Positions 25,633 through 29,901 of a stretch of 29,901 nt of DNA are shown here, piece by piece (position 1 is the first letter of the stretch; every line of letters starts with the position of its first letter). A program made the position numbers and the translations under genes. The notes under the pieces are model-generated. The model had not been told where the DNA came from and searched no databases. It saw only the letters and a program-made list of their open reading frames with translations. Location: contig JADYYL010000268.1 in the NCBI GenBank assembly GCA_020853655.1, forward strand, positions 1 through 29,901, read 5' to 3'. Origin of the DNA: Deltaproteobacteria bacterium (GTDB taxonomy: Bacteria > Bdellovibrionota_C > UBA2361 > SZUA-149 > JADYYL01).

Positions 25633-27273
25633 ATGCGCTCACGATACCTTCGAGCTTTGTGCTCTTTTCTCCCAATTTTCTTCGCGTCTGTTGCCTCTGC
25701 AGACATCACTCTCAATCCCGGCACGACGTATCAGACTTTCGACGGTTGGGAAGGAACCGGCCAGATGGCGCAAGGCTCGCCCCGATACTCTTTGTTCAAA
25801 GATGAGATCACCGACCGCCTCGTGAACGAGCTCGGCATCACTCGAGTTCGACTGGAGGTCAATCCAGCGATTGAAAACACCGTCGACTATCAGCAACAGT
25901 ATCTTAACGGTCAGATCACGCGTCAGGAGTGGAAGTGTCGCAACTTCTCGACGGTCAATGACAATAGCGATCCCAATAGCTTGAATCCCGCCGGGTTTAT
26001 CTGGCGGTTACTCGACGAAAAGATCGACTCCGTGATTATTCCGCTTCGGCAGCGAGTTGCAGCGAACGGCGAGGCATTCTGGACAAATCTGACCTACGTT
26101 GCGTTTACCGACATCTGGAACAACTGTGGAGGATTGGGTCTCACAAACGCCCATACGAACCCGCAAGAATACGCAGAGTTCATGCTCGCGATATTTCAGC
26201 ACATGCAGTCGAAGTATGGATTCGTTCCGGATTCCGTGGAGTTGTACCTCGAGCCTGACAACGTGACGATTCCGATCTCCTGGAATGGAACGCAGCTTGG
26301 ACAAGTGCTTGTCGCGACACAGGCGAAGCTGAGCGCGAACGGATTCAATCCAAAGTATGTCGCCCCTTCGACAATGAATATGTCGACCGCCGTGACGTAC
26401 TTCGATCAGCTTGCCGCCGTTCCGGGTGCGCTACAGCATGTTAGCGAAATCAGCTACCACCGCTATACCGGCGTCTCTCTTTCTGCATTGCAGCAGATCG
26501 CGAGCCGCGCTGTGCAGCACAATAAGCGAACTTCGCAACTGGAGTTTATCGGCGCTTCGTACGAGAACCTCCACGAAGACCTTACCGTCGGGCGAAACTC
26601 AACCTGGGCGCAGTTCACGTTGGCATACTCGGAGTGTGCAGAAGCGCCACAGTTCCCATGCGGCAACTACTCGAATCCTCCGTCGGCGAGTGATGATATC
26701 GGCGGAAATTACTATCTCATCGATGATTCGAGCACGAATTACACCATCTACATGGGCTCCCGAACGAAACTTCTGCGGCAGTACATGAAGTTCATTCGTC
26801 CCGGTGCCGTGCGCATCGCCGCGAGTACGACCCAGTCCAATCTTGATCCCGTGGCGTTCATCAATCCCGGGGGGAAGTATGTCGTTGTGGTGAAAGCCCA
26901 CAACGTCGGATCGCCAATCGTTGTAAACAACTTGCCTGCAGGAACCTACGGTCGGAGTTATGCGACTTTGAGTGGAAATCCGGTCACTCTTTCCGACGTG
27001 ACGATCTCTGCCGGGCAGAGCGTGACAATTCCGGGACTACCAGAGTGGGGCGTCGCAACTGTTCACGCAAAGACGGGTGGAACGACGTTCTCGCCGTGTG
27101 ACCTCAACTCAAGCGGTTCTACTGACATCGTCGATGTTCAGCTGAGCGCGAACCAAGTGCTCAATGTGATTCCATGCTCCAACGGAGACATCAATCAAAA
27201 CGGATCGTGTGGGGTGGACGATGTGCAGCGGGTGATTAATGCGGCGCTCAACCTTACGTGCGTCACCCAGTAG
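25633..27273 (+). CDS. Secreted clan GH-A (GH30/GH5-like) glycoside hydrolase with C-terminal dockerin-like domain, about 546 aa
   Basis: Start reassigned to ATG 25633 (signal peptide ending VASA|DITLNPGTTYQTFDGW, resembling the GH30 QTxDGxG motif); candidate acid/base LEPD (26251) and nucleophile QLE (26542); YMKFIRPGAVRI and VAFINPGGKYVVV as in the GH30 beta-domain; duplicated DLNSSGSTDIVDVQ / DINQNGSCGVDDVQ loops. Confidence 0.8.
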   Translation: MRSRYLRALCSFLPIFFASVASADITLNPGTTYQTFDGWEGTGQMAQGSPRYSLFKDEITDRLVNELGITRVRLEVNPAIENTVDYQQQYLNGQITRQEWKCRNFSTVNDNSDPNSLNPAGFIWRLLDEKIDSVIIPLRQRVAANGEAFWTNLTYVAFTDIWNNCGGLGLTNAHTNPQEYAEFMLAIFQHMQSKYGFVPDSVELYLEPDNVTIPISWNGTQLGQVLVATQAKLSANGFNPKYVAPSTMNMSTAVTYFDQLAAVPGALQHVSEISYHRYTGVSLSALQQIASRAVQHNKRTSQLEFIGASYENLHEDLTVGRNSTWAQFTLAYSECAEAPQFPCGNYSNPPSASDDIGGNYYLIDDSSTNYTIYMGSRTKLLRQYMKFIRPGAVRIAASTTQSNLDPVAFINPGGKYVVVVKAHNVGSPIVVNNLPAGTYGRSYATLSGNPVTLSDVTISAGQSVTIPGLPEWGVATVHAKTGGTTFSPCDLNSSGSTDIVDVQLSANQVLNVIPCSNGDINQNGSCGVDDVQRVINAALNLTCVTQ

Positions 27274-27573
27274 CGATCGCACGGGTGGCTTCCGCGTCTT
27301 TGATCCTGTGACTTGAACTGAGCTCCATTTGCGACACGGACTGTCGTGCTCAAATATTTCCGCCTCAAGAAGAACGGCACTCTTCGAACTCATTTGAATA
27401 GCTTGAGGCGGGAGGTCGATCGCTCCTGCGAGACGCCTCGAGTGAGAATATCGGATTCGGCAAAATGACGGCGCTCGAAGTCGTTGAACCAAAATTAAAA
27501 AATGATTGTGGAGCCGCACGGAGAGAGCTGTAGAAGCCTCTCTCCGTTACGGATCGCTACGCCGGAGGGCCGC

Positions 27574-28173
27574 TCATCGCGCGACAGATGCCCGCGGCAA
27601 ATCGACCTGAGTGCGATAGGCGTCACACGTAAGCCGAACCTCATCACGCCATCCCTGGATGAAGCGCGAGAAGGTCAGTGTCTCCTCGTTGATCGAGAGA
27701 GGCAGTCCTCCACGTTCGATCCGAGCGCGGAGGTAGTAGGCGAATGAAGGCGGGTACTCGACCTTGGCGTCTTTCGCGCGGCGTTCGAGCCGGGACAGGA
27801 TCGCCAGAATTCGGTGTCCTTGAGCCTCGAACGCGCGGAAGACCTCCGGATTGCTCAGCGCCTTCAGAGGGTAGTCCGGTTCGGCCTCCTGGTACATCGT
27901 CCAGAAGTAGACTTCGTGCTGCAGGCGCTTGACATCGCGTCCTAGCAAATTGGCGATATCGTCCATTTGCGTCAAGAAGCGCGTCCTTTCTGCCTCTCGG
28001 TCGTCGCTGCTCTGGGAAGCCGCGGCGACCTTCGCTGCGTTCAGCCACTGAGCACCGAACAGGGTGTTCATCCGATCCACGAGCATCACGAGTTCGCGAC
28101 GATCGTCGAACTTCATGCCGAGCCACCCGAAGATGATCACGAGCCAGAACAACCCCAACCATCCAAACAGCAT
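27574..28173 (-). CDS. Hypothetical protein with N-terminal membrane anchor, about 199 aa
   Basis: GGAGG 6 nt before ATG 28173; hydrophobic MLFGWLGLFWLVIIFGWLG followed by a helical soluble region; good codon bias. Confidence 0.6.
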   Translation of the reverse strand: MLFGWLGLFWLVIIFGWLGMKFDDRRELVMLVDRMNTLFGAQWLNAAKVAAASQSSDDREAERTRFLTQMDDIANLLGRDVKRLQHEVYFWTMYQEAEPDYPLKALSNPEVFRAFEAQGHRILAILSRLERRAKDAKVEYPPSFAYYLRARIERGGLPLSINEETLTFSRFIQGWRDEVRLTCDAYRTQVDLPRASVAR

Positions 28174-28416
28174 AGGGACCTCCCACGAGTAGGCGCGCAA
28201 GATGCGCGCAGTGAACCTGTAACGAATTTCGAGCTGCCGCTGAGGCGGTCGAGAGAGACCTCCGCAACGACAAACCAGAGAGCGCTACCCGAAGAGAGGA
28301 GGAAGAAGAGGAGGAAAAAGAGCGGCAAAGAGCGAAGTGGAAAGGCCCTTCAATCTACCACGATTCCGGAAGACGAGGCATCTCTCGCTGAAAACCCTCG
28401 AGTTCCCCCGGGTTCC

Positions 28417-29901
28417 TTAGGGCGATGGTCCCGTTCGGCCTTTCAGGTCAGTGGCCGAATCCGGGAGCGGGCATTCGTCGCAGATGATGGCTCGAGGGAA
28501 GTCAGCGGCATAGGGCGAGAGCACCGCGACGCCGCAATCTTCGCACTGGCGTTCGAACAATGCCCGCGGCGCTCGCTTCTGAAGCCGCCGACGATGGCGG
28601 CAGAAGAAGCAGTCGCCGGCAGGTGCAATCCCAAGTTGACGACGAATGACAAGCTCGCGCTCCGTGTAGCGGAATCCCTTTCCGCATTCGTTGCATTGCA
28701 GCGTGCTGAGGTGGATGTCCGGCGTGAGGGAATTCAATGATGATGGGGGTGCCTCCCCTCCACCGACCGAAGGAGTGTCATCCTCATACCAGCTCAACCC
28801 CTGCGCTAGCGCTGCGTCGCGTGAGAGCGGGAAGTAATCCTGCGCGAGCGAAAGATTGTAGGGAATCGGAGCATCCTTCATAGGAAAAAACTCGCCCCAC
28901 TCGCCGGTGCGTTTCATGTGCTCTACGATCTCTGACACTTTCTCGTGATACTCGACCTCGGAGTACTGTCGGTTCAGAATGCAGTGCTTGCCGCCGCGAA
29001 TGCCGACGCAGCCAAACAGCTCGGACGAGTGCCAACATTGATCGCAATAGGTGAGCTCCCGCACGTTGCTCACGCAATGACTGGAAAACTTGACATCATA
29101 CGCGCCGATGCCCACGTTCTGACATTCGTAGATCAGTTCGCACTGACCGCACGCGTAACAGTCGACAACGTCTCGAGCAGGTGGGAAGGAATGAACAGCG
29201 TAGCGGCCATCCTCAAGCCCACGGCAATCGAAACACTCGACAGCGCGAACGCAGTCGACCAGCGAATGTCCCGAACTCTCCTCGCACCGGACCGTTCGTG
29301 AAGCACGAATCGGAAACTGTTGCCGAAACTCCTCGAATTGTTGCGAGAGCTCGGATATCCCCGCAGCGGTCTGCAACTTTTGCCGGAACTCCTCGTAAAC
29401 CTCCGCCGATACCGGCTGGTTGAAAATATGGTGAGTCTTGTGCCGAAGGTTGACGCAGAGGATGCACGACCGACAGCCGATGCAATTGTCCAGGAAATAT
29501 GACTCCGTGCAGTTTTCACACTGCTCGAGGTACGCGCTCGTGTAGCACCGTTCCGACTCGATCAGCTCCGCACAAAGTTCGCTTCGGTGAACGACGCAAC
29601 AGTCTGCACAGTCGCGGCAGTCTTCGTAGAAGTAGCCGTAAAGACACCCATCGTTGATGCCCGATTGGAAGAGAAGATAACAGTTCTTATTGAGCCCAGC
29701 GTAGTTCGTATATTCCGAGTTCACATCGCGGTGGTGATCGACAAACAGGGCAGGACGGGGGACAGCGCGCTGAAGCTCTGCGAACTGCTCGAAGAATGGG
29801 CGAGACGGATCAAAGTCTCGGCCGTAATCTCTGGCGTCCCATGCTTCGCTATGCCACGCCACATTACTGTAGATCGCGAAAGGACTCGACGGTGGAAAGC
29901 T
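28417..29901 (-). CDS. Cys-rich repeat / zinc-ribbon protein (conserved hypothetical family), 5'-truncated by the window edge
   Basis: Frame stays open to the edge (FPPSSPFAIYSNVAWHSEAWDARDYGRDFD); FFEQFAEL, NSEYTN, KNCYL, hexapeptide Cys repeats, GEWGEFFP, YNLSLAQDYFP and C-terminal CxxC pairs. Confidence 0.8.
   Translation of the reverse strand, partial: SFPPSSPFAIYSNVAWHSEAWDARDYGRDFDPSRPFFEQFAELQRAVPRPALFVDHHRDVNSEYTNYAGLNKNCYLLFQSGINDGCLYGYFYEDCRDCADCCVVHRSELCAELIESERCYTSAYLEQCENCTESYFLDNCIGCRSCILCVNLRHKTHHIFNQPVSAEVYEEFRQKLQTAAGISELSQQFEEFRQQFPIRASRTVRCEESSGHSLVDCVRAVECFDCRGLEDGRYAVHSFPPARDVVDCYACGQCELIYECQNVGIGAYDVKFSSHCVSNVRELTYCDQCWHSSELFGCVGIRGGKHCILNRQYSEVEYHEKVSEIVEHMKRTGEWGEFFPMKDAPIPYNLSLAQDYFPLSRDAALAQGLSWYEDDTPSVGGGEAPPSSLNSLTPDIHLSTLQCNECGKGFRYTERELVIRRQLGIAPAGDCFFCRHRRRLQKRAPRALFERQCEDCGVAVLSPYAADFPRAIICDECPLPDSATDLKGRTGPSP

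Noticed and set aside
27967-28740. 257-aa + strand ORF
   Set aside because: Antisense to two better supported genes; its basic stretch comes from a low-complexity purine tract
1-29901. CRISPR array, tRNA/rRNA, transposase or prophage
   Set aside because: All repeats found are intragenic and in frame or are single hairpins; no spacer-separated repeats, cloverleafs, recombinases or virion genes were recognised by eye

Overview
GC-rich bacterial chromosomal window, host not identifiable from sequence, dominated by secreted or cell-surface proteins. Two paralogous collagen-stalk/glycine-rich-head proteins (257-1561, 23942-25201) lie either side of a 3148-aa multidomain protein (14250-23696). That protein has an M64-peptidase-like domain whose catalytic Glu is replaced by Leu, 13 cadherin-like Ig repeats (8 carrying the same ~80-aa inserted module), a short Cys/His module and a fourfold-repeated C-terminal region. 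Other secreted proteins are a right-handed beta-helix protein and a GH30-like hydrolase with a dockerin-like tail. The window also has an unusual NtrC-type AAA+ protein with no GAFTGA loop, no sensor domain and 3-4 Fis-like HTH modules. The remaining genes are an EamA transporter, a coupled PAP2-like + YdjM-like membrane hydrolase pair, a HigBA-type toxin-antitoxin pair whose toxin has a 1-nt frameshift, three orphan genes, an NPP/alkaline-phosphatase-superfamily enzyme, and a 5'-truncated Cys-rich protein of a family I associate with CPR/DPANN genomes. No rRNA, tRNA, CRISPR array, transposase or integrase was recognised. All family calls come from motif recognition by eye; no searches were run.
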